Assembly: GCF_009914755.1 (NCBI RefSeq)
Contig: NC_060929.1
DNA: 64,000 nt
From: the human T2T-CHM13v2.0 reference genome, Homo sapiens
Direction: 5' to 3' (one strand)
The translations under genes and the position numbers were made by a program. This document shows positions 42,061-55,802 of this stretch, piece by piece; the stretch's first letter is position 1; every line of letters begins with the position of its first letter. The notes under the pieces were generated by a model, which saw nothing but the letters and a program-made list of their open reading frames with translations, searched no databases and was not told the DNA's origin.

Positions 42061-45000
42061 AAGGAACAGCCAAGATGGCCAAACAGAAACAGTTCCAGTC
42101 TGCCGCTCCCACTGAGAAGAATGAAAACAGTCAGTGAATTCTGCATCTTTAATTGAGGTACCCAGGTTCTCTCACTGGGACTGACTGGGTGATTGGCGTG
42201 CACCCACGGAGAGTGAGGAAAAGCAGGGTGGAGCGAGGGCCCACCTGGAAGCTGCACGGGGCAAAAGGAGCTCCCTCTCCAAGGTGATTAGGGATTGTGC
42301 TACCCCGCCCTGAAAACCATGATTTTCCCATGAATCTCTGCAACCCCTGGATAAGGAGGTCCCCCTGTGAGCTCATGCCACCGGGGCCTGGGTCCCAAGC
42401 ACACAGCTCTGCAGACTCATGGTGCCTGCTCGGGTGGGTGGCCACTCAAGCAGGCACTGAAACACGGAAGTTTTTGCATACTCTGGCTCCAGGAACTCTG
42501 GTGTGGCAGGAGATTCATCCACTCCCATGGGATGGGGCTAAAGCCAGGGAGCCAAGCATCCTTGCTCAGCAGGCCCCACTCCCACAGACCCCCACAAGCT
42601 AAAACCTACTGACTTGGAATTCCTGTCAGCCAATGCAGCAGGCTGGGGACTGCCTAAGAAGACTGAATTCGGGGACAGGGAGGGGTGGCTGCCATCACTG
42701 CGGCTCCAGTCAGTCATATTCCCCTGCTGCCAATGTCCGCAAGACCGAGTGGTTTGGTCTGGGAGGAATTCCCCACAGCGCAGCCTAGCGGCTGTGAGAG
42801 TTCATGGCAAGACTTCTTTAAGTGGGACCCTGACCCATTTCTTCTCACTGGGCAGGGCCTCCCTGCAGGATTCTCAGCATCGCCAGCCAGGGGTTTATGG
42901 ACAGAACTCTGATTTCTCTCAGAGGAGCTCCTAGGAGGAAAGGTGGCCACGGTATCATGAATCAGCGGTCTTAGTCTTTTATGCCTACCAGGTCTGGAGA
43001 GTCAGGATAGCCCAGACAAGGGGGATTACCCCCTGCACAGCACATCTGCTCTGCAAAGGGGCAGCCAGGCTGCTTATTTAAGCAGGTCCCTGATCCTGTT
43101 CTTCCTGACTGGGTGAGACCTCCTACTGAGAGTCTCCAGACACCTCATACGGGAGTATTCTGGCCAGCATCAGGTTGGTGCCCCTCTGGCACAGAGATCT
43201 CAGAGAAAGGACCAGGCTGCCATCTTTGCTGTCCTGCAGCCTCCACTGGTGATAATTCCAGGTGTAGGAGGGACCCAGGCAAATAAGGTCTCAAATGGAC
43301 CCCCAGCAAACTGCAGCAGCCCTATGGAAGTCGGGCCTCACTGCTAAGAAAAACAAACAGCAACAACAACAACATCAACAAAAAAGACCCCACAAAAACC
43401 CCACCCAAAGGTCAGCAGCATCAAAGATCAAAGGTAGACAAACTCATGAAGATGAGAAAGAATCAACACAAAAATGCTGAAAACTCAAAAAGCCAGAATG
43501 TCTCTTTTCCTGAAAAGGATTGAAAAACTTCTCCAGCCAGGGCACAGAACTGGGTTGAGGCTGAGGTGGGTGAATTGACAGAAGTAGGCTTCAGAAGATG
43601 GGTAATAAAGAACTTCACTGTGCTAAAGGAATATGTTCTAACCTATGCAAAGAAGCTAAGAACCATGATAAAACATTACAGGAGCTGTTAACTGGAATAA
43701 CAAGTTTTGAGAGATACTAAAATGACCTGATAGAGCTGAAAAACATAACATGAGAACTTCACAATGCAAACACAAGTATCAATAGCCAAATAGACCAAGT
43801 GGAAGAAAGGATATCAGAACTTGAAGACTATCTTGCTGAAATGAGGCAGGCAGACAAGATTAGAGAAAAAGGAATGAAAAGGAATGAACAAAACCTCTGA
43901 GAACTATGGGATGATGTATAAAGACAGAACCTATAACTGATTGGGGTACCTCAAAAAGACAGGGAGAATAGAACCAAGTTGGAAAACATACTACCTCAGG
44001 ATATCATCCAGGAGAACTTCCCCTACCAAAAAAGACAGACTAACATTCAAATTCAGGAAATGCAGAGAACTACAGTAAGACACTCCATGAGAAGCTCAAC
44101 CCCAAGACACATAATCACCAGATTTTCCAAGGTGAAAATGAAAGAAAAAAGTTAGGGCAGCCAGAGAGAAAAATCAGGTCACCTATAAAGAGAAGCTCAC
44201 CAGATTAGCGGCAGACCACTCAGCAGATATCCTACAAGCCAGAAGAGATTGGGGGACAGCAGGGGGCAATATTCAACATTCTTAAAGAAAAGAATTTCCA
44301 ACCTAGAATTTCATATCTAGCCAAACTAAGCTTCATAAGCAAAGGAGAAATAAAATCCTTTTCAGACAAGCAAATGCTGAGGGAGTTCATCACCACCAGG
44401 CCTGCATTACAAGAGCTTCTGAAGGAAGTACTAAATATGGAAAGGAAAAACTGGTACCAGCTACTGCAAAAACACACCAAAGTACAAAAACCAATGACAG
44501 CATGAAGAAAGTGCATCAACTAGTGTGCAAAATAACCAGCTAGCAGCATGATGACAGGATCAAATTCACACATGACAATATTAATCTTAAATGTAAATGG
44601 GCTAAATGCCCAATTAAAAGACACAGAATGGCAAACTGGATAATCAAGATTCGTTGTTGTGCTGTATTGAAGAGACCCATCTCATGTGCAAAGACACACA
44701 TAGACTCAAAATAAAAGGATAAAGAAAAATGTACCAAGCAAATGGAAAACAGAAAAAAAGCAGAAGTTCCAATCTTAGTTTCTGACAAAATAGACTTTAA
44801 ACCAACAAAGATCAAAAAAGACAAAGAAGGGCATTACATAATGCTAATGGGGTCAATTCAACAAGAAGAGCTAACTATCCTAAATATATATCCACCCAAT
44901 ACAGGAGCACCCAGATTCATAAAGCAAGTTCTTAGAGCACTACAAAGAGGCTTAGACTCTCACACAATAATGGTGGGAGACTTTAACACCAAACTGTCAA

Positions 45001-48000
45001 TATTAAACACATCATTGAGACAGAAAATTAACAAAGATATTCAGAACTTGAACTCAGCTCTGGATCAAGTGGGCCTGGTAGATATCTAGAGAACTCTCCA
45101 CCCCAAACAACAGGATGTACAGTCTTCTCAGTGCCACATGGCACTTACTCTAAATCTGATAACTTAGTTGGAAATAAGTCACTCCTCAGCAAATGGAAAA
45201 GAACTGAAATCATAATAAAAATCTCTTATACCATAGCACAATCAAATTAGAACTCAAGATTTAAAAACTCACTCAAAACCATACAACTCCATGAAAATTG
45301 AACGACTTGCTCCAGAATGACTCCTGGGTAAATAATGAAATTAAGGCAGAAATTAAGAAGTTTTTTGAAACTAATGAGAACAAAGAGACAATGTACCAGT
45401 CTGTGGGATGCAGCTAAAATGGTGTTCAGAGAAATTTATAGCACTAAATGTCCACATCAAAAAGCTAGAAAGATCTCAATCAATGTTGTAATATCACAAC
45501 TAAAGGAATTAGAGAACCAAGAGCAAAGAAACCCCAAGGCTAGCAGAAGACAAGAAATAAGGAAGCTCAGAGTGGAACTGAAGGAGATATAGACACAGAA
45601 AACCCTTCAAAAAAATCAATGAATTTAGGAGCTTTTTTTTTGAAAAAATTAATAAAATAGACCGCTAGCTTGACTAATAAAGAGGAAAAGAGAGGTGAAT
45701 CAAATACACAGAATAAAAAATCATAAAGAGGATATCACCACAGACCCCACAGAAACATAAACAACCATCAGAGAATAATATAAACAACTCTATGCAAACA
45801 AACTAGAAAATCTGGAAGCAATAGACAAATTCCTGGACACATACACCCTCCCAAGACTGAACCAGGAAGAAGTTGAATCCCTGAACAGACCAATAACAAG
45901 TTCTGAAATTGAGGCAGTAATAAATCGCCTACCAACCAAAAAAAGGCCAGATTCAGGTGAATTTACAGCTGAATTCTACCAGAGGTACAAAGAGAAGCTG
46001 GTATCCTTTCTTCTGAAACTATTCCAAATAATTGAAAAGAAAGGACTCTTCCCTAACTCATTTTATGAGGCCAGCATCATCCTGATACCAAAACCTGGCA
46101 GAGACACAACAACAAAAAAAGAAAACTTCAGACCAATATCCCTGATGAACATTGATGCAAAAATTCTCAATAAAATACTGGCAAACTGAATCCAGCAGCA
46201 CAGCAAAAAGCTTATCCACCACAATCAAGTTGGCTTTTTCCCTGGAATGCAAGGCTTGTTCAATATATGCAAATCAATAAATGTAATTTATCACATAATC
46301 GGAACCAAAGACAAAAGCCACATGATTATTTCAGTAGATGCAGAAACGCCTTCAATGAAATTCAACATCCCTTCATGTTAAGAACTCTCAATGAACTAGG
46401 TATTGAGGGAACATACATCGAGATAATAAGAGCCATTTATGACAAACCCACAGCCAATATCATACTGAATGGGCAAAATCTGAAAGCATTTCTTTTGAAA
46501 ACCAGCAGAAGACAAGGATGCCCTCTCTCACCACTCCTATTCAATACAGTATTGGAAGTTCTGGCCAGGGCCATCACACAAGAAAAAGAAATAAAAAGTA
46601 TTTAAATAGGAAGAGAGGAAGTCAAATTGTCTTTGTTTGCAAATGGCATGATCCTATATCTGGAAAACCCTATCATCTCAGCCCAAGAGTTTCTTAAGCT
46701 GATAATCAACTTCAGCAAAGTCTTAGGATACAAAATCAATAGGCAAAAGTCACAAGCATTCCTATACACCAGCAACAGATAAGCAAAGAAGCAAATCATG
46801 TATGAACTCCCATTCACTATTCCTACAAAGAAAATAAAATACCTTGGACAGCCAACAAGGGAAGTAAAGGACCTCTTTAAGGAGAACTACAAACCACTGC
46901 TCAAGGAAATCAGAGGAGACAAACAAATGGAAAAACATTGTATCCTCATAGGTAGGAAGAATCAATATCGTGAAAATGGTCATACTGCTCAAAGTAATTT
47001 ATAGATTCAATGTTATTCCCATTAAACTACCATTGAAATTCTTCACAGAATTAGAAGCAACTATTTTAAAATTCATAAGGAACCAATAAAGCTTGAATAG
47101 CCAAGACAATCCTAAGCAAAAAGAACAAAGCTGGAGGCATCACACTACCCAAGTTCAAACTATACTACAAGGCTTTAGTAACCAAAACAGCATAGTATGT
47201 TACAAAAACAGACACATACAACAATAAAACAGGATAGAGAACTCAGAAATAAGACTGGACATCTACAACCATCTGATTTTTAACAAATCTGACAAAACAA
47301 GCAATGGGAAAATGATTCCCTGTTTAATAAATGGTGCTGGGAGAAATGGCTAGCCATATGCAGAAAATTGAAACTGAACCCCTTCCATACACAATACACA
47401 AAAAGTAACTCAAGATGCATTAAAGACTTAAATTTAAAACTCAAAACTATAAAAGCCATAGAAGAAAATTTAGGCAATACCATTCAGGACATAGGCATGG
47501 GCAAAGACTTCATGACGAAATCACCAAAAGCAATTGCAACAAATGCAAAAATTGACAAATTGGATGTAATTGAACTACAGAGCTTCTGCACTGCAAAAGA
47601 AACTATTATCAGAGTGAACAGGCAACCTACAGAATGGGAGAATATTTTTGCAGTCTATCCATCTGACAAAGGTCTAATATCCATAATCTACAAGGAACTT
47701 AAACAAATTTGCAAGTGAAAAAAACAAACAACCCCATTAAAAAGTAGGCAAAGGACATGAACAGACACTTATCAAAAGAAGACATTCATGCAGCCAACAA
47801 ATGTAGAAAAAAAGCTTAACATCAGTGATCATTAGACAAATGAAAATCAAAACCATGAGATATCATCTCATGCCAGTCTGAATGGCGATTATTAAAAAGT
47901 CAAGAAATAACAGGTGTGGGCAAGGTTGTGGAGAAATAGGAGCACTTTTACACTGTTGGTGGGAGTATAAACTAGTTCAACCATTGTGGAAGACAGTGTG

Positions 48001-48590
48001 GTCATTCCTTAAAGGTCTAGAACCAGAAACACCATTTGATCCAGCAATCCCATTACTGGTTATATACCCAAAGGGAATACAAACCATTCCATTACAAAGA
48101 TACATGCATGTGTATTTTAATTGCATCACTGTTCACAATAGCAAAGACATAGAATCAACCCAAATGCCCATTAATGATAGACTGGATAAAGAAAATGTGG
48201 TATATATACACCATGAAATACTATGCAGCCATAAAAAGGATCAAGATCATGTCTTTTGTAAGGATGTGGATGGAGCTGGAAGCCGTTATCCTCGGCAAAC
48301 TAATGCAGAAACAGAAAACCAAACACCAGATGTTCTCACTTACAAGTGGGAGCTAAACAATGAGAACACATGGACACAGGGAGGGGAACAGTACACACTG
48401 GGGCCTGTTGTGGGGGTAGGGTGGAGAGAGGGAGAGCATTAGAAAAAATAGCTAATGCATGCTGGGCTTAATACCTAGGTGATGGGTTGATAGGTGCAGC
48501 AGCCACCATGGCACACATTTAACTGTGTAACAAACCTGTACATCCTGCATATGCACCCAAAACCAAAAAGAATTTTTTTAAAAAAAAAAA
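42061..48590 (+). mobile_element. Full-length older L1 (L1PA11-13-like), dead
   Basis: 5' GCCAAGATGGCC; about 1.4-kb older-type 5' UTR; ORF1 remnant about 43452-44490; ORF2 remnant 44551-48356; 3' UTR AATAGCTAATGCATGCTGGGCTTAATACCTAGG. TSD AAGAAGGAAATTCACA at 42045-42060 and 48792-48807. Confidence 0.96.
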
Positions 48591-48791
48591 CCTCTAATGT
48601 AAGAATTAAAATTCTGATTTTACAGATAAGAAAACAATATTTTGTCACACTATTAGTATGAGATTGATCAAGGACTCAAACCAGGGTCTGATTAACTCCC
48701 AAGCCCATGCCTATAACTTTGATATGCACTGCCTTACCACATTAAATGTTCCCAGCATCAGTCTCATAAACATAAATTTAAAAATACAAAT
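48591..48791 (+). other. L1 3' transduced segment (about 175 bp, contains a MIR piece) plus second degenerate A tail
   Basis: Lies between the L1 poly(A) and the 3' TSD copy; ATTAAA at 48741-48746; A-rich tail 48766-48791. Confidence 0.85.
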
Positions 48792-48833
48792 AAGAAGGAA
48801 ATTCACATATAGCTCTTATAACTTTTTTATTAA

Positions 48834-48975
48834 ACTAGACTGTGGGCCCCTCCAAGATAAGAATTATAGGGTTTTTATCAACATATTTTTTTCAATATGT
48901 TTTTTGACAAGTAGGTACTCAATAAATGCTTAATGAATTAGTAAGTTAATGTGTAAGTAAATAAATGAATGAATT
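48834..48975 (+). mobile_element. L2 3' end
   Basis: CTAGACTGTG...AGTAGGTACTCAATAAATGC...AATGAATGAAT. Confidence 0.7.
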
Positions 48976-49526
48976 TTCACAACTTGTGTTGATATTTTCT
49001 TCATTATTTGATGTCCACCAATCACAGGAAAGTCATTAGAAGGTGAGAACAGCACTAAATCTTTTCATTTTTGATAACAGCATCTTCTCCTCCCTCTGCA
49101 TACTTGAGATAGGGCAGACATTCCAAACAAGATAGCTAGCTACTAAAAAAAAAAAAAAAAAAAAGATGTCCGTTCATTTCTGCTTTGTTACTTTCAACTT
49201 ATATATTAGGTCAGTAGTTATTTTGGAAAACCGTGTTTCATATCTTTAGAGCTGTCATTCAACACATCCTACATTAGGATAGAGTAGCTTGAAAATGGCG
49301 TGACTTTTCTTGAGTAAGTAGCTCTTCTGCATCATACCTATGTAGCTCAACCCTGAGTTTAAATTTCTTCCTCTACAATATAGTGTTTAAAAACTCACTT
49401 TCTATTGTGTGTGTCAGTAGAGAATGAAGGTAAGTTCTTTTGCTAAGTGCTGGCATATGGTGATGTTAATAACAGCTGTGATGAACACCCGCCAGCAGCC
49501 ATTCATTGGACTGAGTACTTCCCATG

Positions 49527-49884
49527 TGCTGTGGTTTGAATGTCCTCTCTAAAACTCATGTTGAAATGCAATTATCCTTGTAACAATATTAAGAGGTGGG
49601 GCTTAAAAAAGTGATTAGGTCGTGAAGGCTCTACTCTCATGATGGATTAATCACATTATCGAGGAAGTGGGTTAGTTACTGTTTGAGTGGCTTTGTTATA
49701 AAAGCAAGCTCTCTTTTGCCTTCCACCCTTTCACCATTAGTGAATGGGTTGACTCTCTCAAGATGCCAACACATGTTCTTGAATGTCCCAGCCTCCAGAA
49801 CCATAAGGCAAATAAACCTCTTTTCTTTGTAAATTTCCCAGTCTGTGTTATTCTGTTAAAGCAGCAGAAAAATAGACTAAAACA
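49527..49884 (+). mobile_element. MST(B/C/D)-type MaLR solo LTR inserted in a MIR (about 49497-50075)
   Basis: TGCTGTGGTTTGAATGTCC...AATAAACCTC...AGACTAAAACA; TSD CCATG/ACATG. Confidence 0.9.
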
Positions 49885-50107
49885 ACATGCACCATCACAC
49901 TTAATCCTTTCCACATACTCCAAAGGAGGTCTTCTCATATCCTTTCACTTCACAGAGAGCTTAAATCACCAGTCCTAAGTAATGAAGCTCCTAGATGGCA
50001 GAACTGGACTCACAACCCAGGTCTGCTAAGGCAATAATTACAGGCTCTTGTCCATCATACAGCACCAGCTGCCTAGATGTACACGGTAGTTCTCAAAATA
50101 GCTGTTA

Positions 50108-51617
50108 TAGTCATGTATCACCTAACCTTAAGGATATTTTTAGAAACGTATCATTAGAATACTTTATCATTGTGCACACATCATAGAATGTACTTACACA
50201 TACCTAAATGGTATAGCCTATTACACACCTAGGCTATATGATATAGTCCCTTGCTTCTAAGCTACAAACCTGTATAGCATATTACTGTACTGAATACTGT
50301 AGGTAATTGTAACCCAGTGTTAGTATTTGTGTATCTAATCATATCTAAACATAGAAAAGATAGAGTAAAAACATAATATAAGAGATTTTGAAAATAGTAT
50401 ACCTGTATAGGGCATTTACCGTGAATGGAGCTTGCAAAACCGGAAGTTGCTCTGGGTCTTAGTGAGTGAGTGGTGAGTGAATGTGAAGGCCTAGAACATT
50501 ACTGTATACTACTGTAGACATAAACACTGTACACTTAGCTAACACTAATTCTTTTTTTTAAAAAAAAGTCTTTCTTCAATAGTGAATTAACCTTATATTA
50601 CTATAATTTTTTGACTTTATAAACATTTTAATTTTTTAAACCTTTTGTCTCTTTTGCAGTACACTTAGCTTAAGGCACAAACACATTGTACAGCTGTATA
50701 TAAATTTTTTATATTTTTTTAGGCTTTTTTTTTACTTTTTAAACTTAAAAAAAAATAACAAAGACACAAGAATGCATATTAGCCTAGGCCTACATATGGC
50801 CAGGAACACCAATATCACTATCTCCCACCTCTACATCTTGTCTCACTGGAAGGTCTTCAGGGACGATAATAGGCATGAAGCTTTCATCTTCTATAGTAAC
50901 AATGTCTTCTTCTGAAATACCTCCTGAAGGATCTGTCAAAGCCTGATTTACAATTAACCTTCTTTTTTTCTAAGTAGAAGAAATACATTCTTAAAAAAAA
51001 AAATGATAAGCTAGGTACAGTGACTCCTGCCTGTAATTCCAGCAGTTTTGGAGGCTGATGTAGGAGGATAGCTTGAGGCCAAATATTTAAGACCAGCCTG
51101 GACAACATAGGGAGAGCCTGTCTCTATCAAAACAAACAAACAAATAAATAAATTAGCTATGCGTGGTAGTGCTGGTCTACAGTCTCAACTACTCAGGAGG
51201 CTCAGGCAGGAGGATCATTTGAATCCAGGAATTCAAGGCTACAGTGAGCCATGATCATACCACTGCACTCCAGACAGAGTGACAGAGAAATAACTCATCT
51301 TTAAAAATGTAAATAAATAATAATATATATTAAATAAATAAAATGATAAAATAAATTAATAAATCAATATTATCATTATCAAGTATTTCATGCTGTACAT
51401 AATTGTATATGCTATACTTTCATACAACCAGTGGTACAGATTTTTTTACACCAGCATCACCACAAATATGTTAGTAATGCATTATGCTATGACATTATAA
51501 TAGCTATGACATCACTAGGGATTTGAAATTTTTCAGCTTGGAAATAATATTATGGGGCAATCACCCTATACATGGTTTGTTGTTGACCAAAACATCATTA
51601 TGTGATATGCATGACTG
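50108..51617 (+). mobile_element. Tigger3-family (Tigger3b-like) DNA transposon containing an AluJ
   Basis: Termini TA|TAGTCATG and CATGACTG; internal GGTATAGCCTATTACACACCTAGGCTATATG and GGAAGTTGCTCTGGG. Confidence 0.9.
51010..51339 (+). mobile_element. AluJ
   Basis: Diverged dimeric Alu; TSD AAAATGATAA at 51000-51009 and 51340-51349. Confidence 0.92.
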
Positions 51618-53029
51618 TGACTGTATTTGCTGTTCTAAATTTATCTTAAAAATAATAATAGACGGAGTGCGTGTAGAGATTCAAGCAAGTAAAAGGAAAA
51701 TTATACATGTCTCCAAACAACATGCTCCACAGTCATCATTCATTTAGCAAATGAGCTCTTGAATGGGAAGATTACGGGTTTTCCAATCTTAATGAAAATG
51801 GACAAAGTGAAAACAGGTCTCTTTCATGTGTTTGTTAATGCGTTTTCTCTCATGTGGTTGGAATTGGAAGGGATTCAAAGCCTGGCTTAAGCACAATGTA
51901 AACTGGGCATAAGAAACCATATGGATGCAGCTATTTATTGCTGACAGGGTGTTGACCAAATTGTCACATACATTGACTGCCTTATTCAGAGGGTTGGGAA
52001 AAACCACTCCAGATGGCCTATATTCCAAAGTGGTGCCACTTTCCAGGATGACCATCGTGAGGTTTTACCAAATCCTAAAGGCTATCTGATTTTGAGGAAC
52101 TGCCTCAGAAAACCTGAGCAAACCTGTAACAAGATGTAATGATCACAAAAAGGCATGGGGTTTATAACTGGCTCATGCAAATAGAGCATAGCCTCCAGAT
52201 TTAAGGCTTTGTGGTTCTAGTTCAGAATATTAAACAGGAGGTCTATACTGGGTTCACTTGCTTCCGGCTAACTTAAACCCACTTCTGATCTCGCCTACTG
52301 TTCTTCTCTCATTATTCCGGCTGTTGCTATCTGTAGACAGCCCAATCCAGTACCTTTTCTCTTTTAAATAGTCAGTAGTTATTGGTAAGTTGTGTTAAAG
52401 GCATAGTAAGCTTTGAAGACTTTTTTCCTAATGTAGGAAAAATTTAAAGAATTTGAAAAGCTGCAAGATAAGTGACAGCTTATATATTAAAATTTTATTA
52501 CCTCAAAGAACAGTCAATTAAAAAGGCGTCCAAAATAGATACTTACATAAAAAATTTAAATGCTCATCATAGAATGTATTATTCTTTAACAGCACCTGAA
52601 TCAAAGTTAATATGATATCTTGTATCTGGTACATTGACATTTGAGTTCAGACTTCCTGTGTTTCTAGCATAAAATGATGAGAATGGAATGAAGAAATATA
52701 AAGGTATATCTTACCCTGGTAAAGAATGGCATGCACAGAATTCTACTTAAGAGTGAGGGGATGGTGTGGTTTCACTAAACTTAGAGTCTCAGAAACAAGG
52801 CAATTAAAGCAGGCGTGTTCAGAGGTGCATTTCTCCTACTCTCTGAGCATTTACCCTTCCCTTGTCAATGACACGAAGTGGTAGTATCTCATTTGGAAAA
52901 TATTAATGAGTAATTTTTAAAAGAACCAGAAATAGTAAAAGAAAGAAAAAGTCATGGCAAGTGTTGTTCCACACATGTGAACTAAACAATTATATCTGCA
53001 TTTTATATTTTATTTTAGTTGAAAAAAAT

Positions 53030-53399
53030 CTTTTTTCTCTTTTTCTTTTTAGTACCCAGGTAGACTACATTTTCCAGGCTCCCTTGCAGTTAGATAGAGC
53101 CATGCAAATGCATTTTAGCCATTGGGATGTGGGTGGAAGTAATGCATGACACACAGTTATCTCCCACAAAACTTCCTACGTGAGATCCTCCATGCACTTT
53201 GCCCATCTGCCTCAGAGAGAACTCAAATGACCTAGGGGAAGGCAGAGCCACAGGAGCTTGCATACCTTAGTCACTACTACAAGGACAGCTGCTAAGACAA
53301 AGAACATCGCCTTAAGATGGTTGCGTGAATTACGGTGCACTAAACTGGTGATATTTTTGATATAATTTTAATAGCAGTTAACCTACCCTCACTAACATA
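53030..53399 (+). mobile_element. MLT1J-like MaLR LTR
   Basis: ACTACATTTTCCAGGCTCCCTTGCAGTTAG...GGCAGAGCCACA...ATAGCAGTTAACCTACCCTCACTAACA. Confidence 0.7.
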
Positions 53400-53984
53400 A
53401 TCAATTATAAATAAATCAGACCCCTTTGAAATTCAGTAAGTGATAGCTTATAGCTCTTGAAAGTGTGTGTGTGAAATATAAATTACATGCCCTCCTAAAT
53501 TGTATTTAATTGCATCCAATGACCTGAGCCCATACTACAGATGTACAGTCCTTATATAGGTAGCATGGGAACACCTGAGAATAGATGTGGTAGAAAGAAA
53601 AGGGCCTGTAAACTAAGAGAGGCATAATTCTCTCTTCCACATCTGTCTCCTTCCAGATGTTTAAATTCGAACGACTTTTTCTGAACCTCATCTCAAAATG
53701 GTGAAATACTATCCCTCTCAAAATGAGATAAACTGGCCCCTGCAATGTGCCTGGTATAAAGTAAGCACTCTGTATCAGGATTCTTATCAACCTAAGGTAA
53801 CTTTTAGGATATTAGCATATTTCTGAATATATACTCAATTTTCTTCTTGAAACTCCTTTTCTATTTTTGTGAAAGCAATCTTTTTTATTAGTCAATATTA
53901 TTTATATAGTATTTAGTGATAGCAGACACTCAGTATATATTTCCTGAATTAATAAAAGAAGTAAGTTAGGAAGGCAGGGAGGGT

Positions 53985-54235
53985 AGGACTTTGATTTAAT
54001 CGCTTTGGCATTTAGCCTGAATATTGAGTTTTGAAAGCTCCCCAGATGACTTGACAATGTTGAGAACCAGTTATCTAAAGTCCTGATAGTCAAAATGTAA
54101 TCCATAGCATCACCATCATCTCGAAGCTTGTAAGAAATGTAGAATCTTGGGCCCCATCTTGGACTTTACTGAATCCAAACCTGCATTTAACAAGATGCCT
54201 AGTATATTTGTATAAACATTAAAGGTTGAGGGGTT
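53985..54235. mobile_element. Adjacent MER5A- and MER5B-like relics
   Basis: AAAGCTCCCAGATGA...GTTGAGAACCA, then GCTTGTAAGAAATGTAGAATCTTGGGCCCC...CTGCATTTAACAAGAT. Confidence 0.7.
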
Positions 54236-54449
54236 GTAGTCATATCAAATGCAATTCAGTTAGTCTTTAAATACCATGATGTCAAATTCAGTGAAGAGAC
54301 AATTGCAACATTATTTCAGTTGGCAGTCCAATGCAAAAGTCATACAAAGCAGCAGGTGATGCTGGAAAATTTGTTCATAAAAGTGATTGCATGTCGTGCA
54401 TCTAAAGCATCAATAGAATATAAAGATTCTCTTTTGGTGTGGACTCATG

Positions 54450-54580
54450 TTAGCATTCCAGCAACCCCATGAAGTAAGTATTGTTCTCTCCATATTACAG
54501 ATGTAAAAACAAACATTTACAGAAATTACACAATTTGACCACATTAGGGAATTTGAAAATGGAGTATCCTGGACACTGGG
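54450..54580 (-). mobile_element. MIR
   Basis: CAGCAACCCCATGAAGTAAGTATTGTTCTCTCCATATTACAGATG. Confidence 0.6.
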
Positions 54581-55728
54581 CTGGTTCAGTACGGCAGTTG
54601 GAAATACTGTTACTTGAAAGCTACAAGGCCACCAAAATTCACCCCACATATCTCAGGTCTCAGGACTGTTTGCCAGTGAAAGACATTTAGGAATGAACAT
54701 GGGAGCTCAGCTGCACAGCCAGATAGCTCAATCAGGTGACCATACATAATCATAAGTCTAACTCAAATTAAGAAAAGGAAAACCCAGCTATCAGTGAGGG
54801 GCAGCATAAGCAGTCCTAGGAAGAGAGGTCACCTAGGACATGGGCCTGAAAGCAAGTGTTACAAAGAGAAATGTAAGCTATTCCATAATGGAAGAAATTC
54901 GGGAGTTCCCAAACTCTTACACTCTCATTGTAGGGAAAAATCTTAATCTATATTTTTCAAGCAAATGTGGAGGGGATGTCTTTTCTAGATTTTGAAAACT
55001 GTGTCTTTTCTGGCTTGGGTATGCAGACACTCTGTAAATTGCAAGGGTTTGACATTAATCTGGAGTTACAATTTCAGCAGGAGGCACACTAGTTAACTAG
55101 GCAGCTTGCGAATTGATAGATGATGTTTTGGCACAGTATAGAGTCTTGTAATCATTAAGCAATAGTCAGAAATTGTATAAATTTGCTACTCCCAAATAAA
55201 AATAATATGAAATGCTGCAAAACCTGAGGTGCTCAATGGGATTTACACAGTAATTGATATGTTTTTCTCTTGAATTGCCTTGAAATTTTACCAGTGTTCC
55301 TAAAAGAAAAAAAACAAACTATGCAGTGACTTTAGTAGTTTTCATTGGGTCTTCTGTCAGCAGCCCCCTCTATAAAAGAAATGCTGTCTCTTTACCATTT
55401 GCACTCCAACTGGGACTCGATTTAGGTAATTAATTAGAAAATGCCCTACTTTGAAATACCTATGTATCTGCTGTTTGATTTTCTGTGTTATGTTTGAGCC
55501 ATGACCTAAATGTATGTATTAGGTACAAAAGCCAGAGGGAATTGTCAGGGTGCTTGGGTGTGTCTCTGTCACAACAGAGCTAAGAACACTACATATTAAA
55601 GATGAAGTTATAACCATAGTATCCTGGGCCTTAGTTATAGAGAAGTGGGACTAGATTAGAAGACTGGAAGAAAATGAGCCTCACAGAACATATTGGCTTC
55701 TTCTCACAAACTTAATTGAGCACAAAAA

Positions 55729-55802
55729 ATACACACGTACATATATATATATACACACACATACACATATATATACACACACACATATATACATATATAT
55801 AT
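55729..55802. repeat. Compound (TA)n/(CA)n microsatellite
   Basis: ATACACACGTACATATATATATATACACACACATACACATATATATACACACACACATATATACATATATATAT. Confidence 0.92.

Noticed and set aside
42024-43480. Cluster of 70-106-aa ORFs in GC-richer sequence
   Set aside because: All lie in the 5' UTR of the older L1, where higher GC lowers stop frequency; no ORF0-like start is recognised.
49988-52021. CTCF-like motifs CTCCTAGATGGCAG (about 49988) and ACTCCAGATGGCC (about 52006)
   Set aside because: Both mismatch the 5' core of the motif and cannot be supported without ChIP data.
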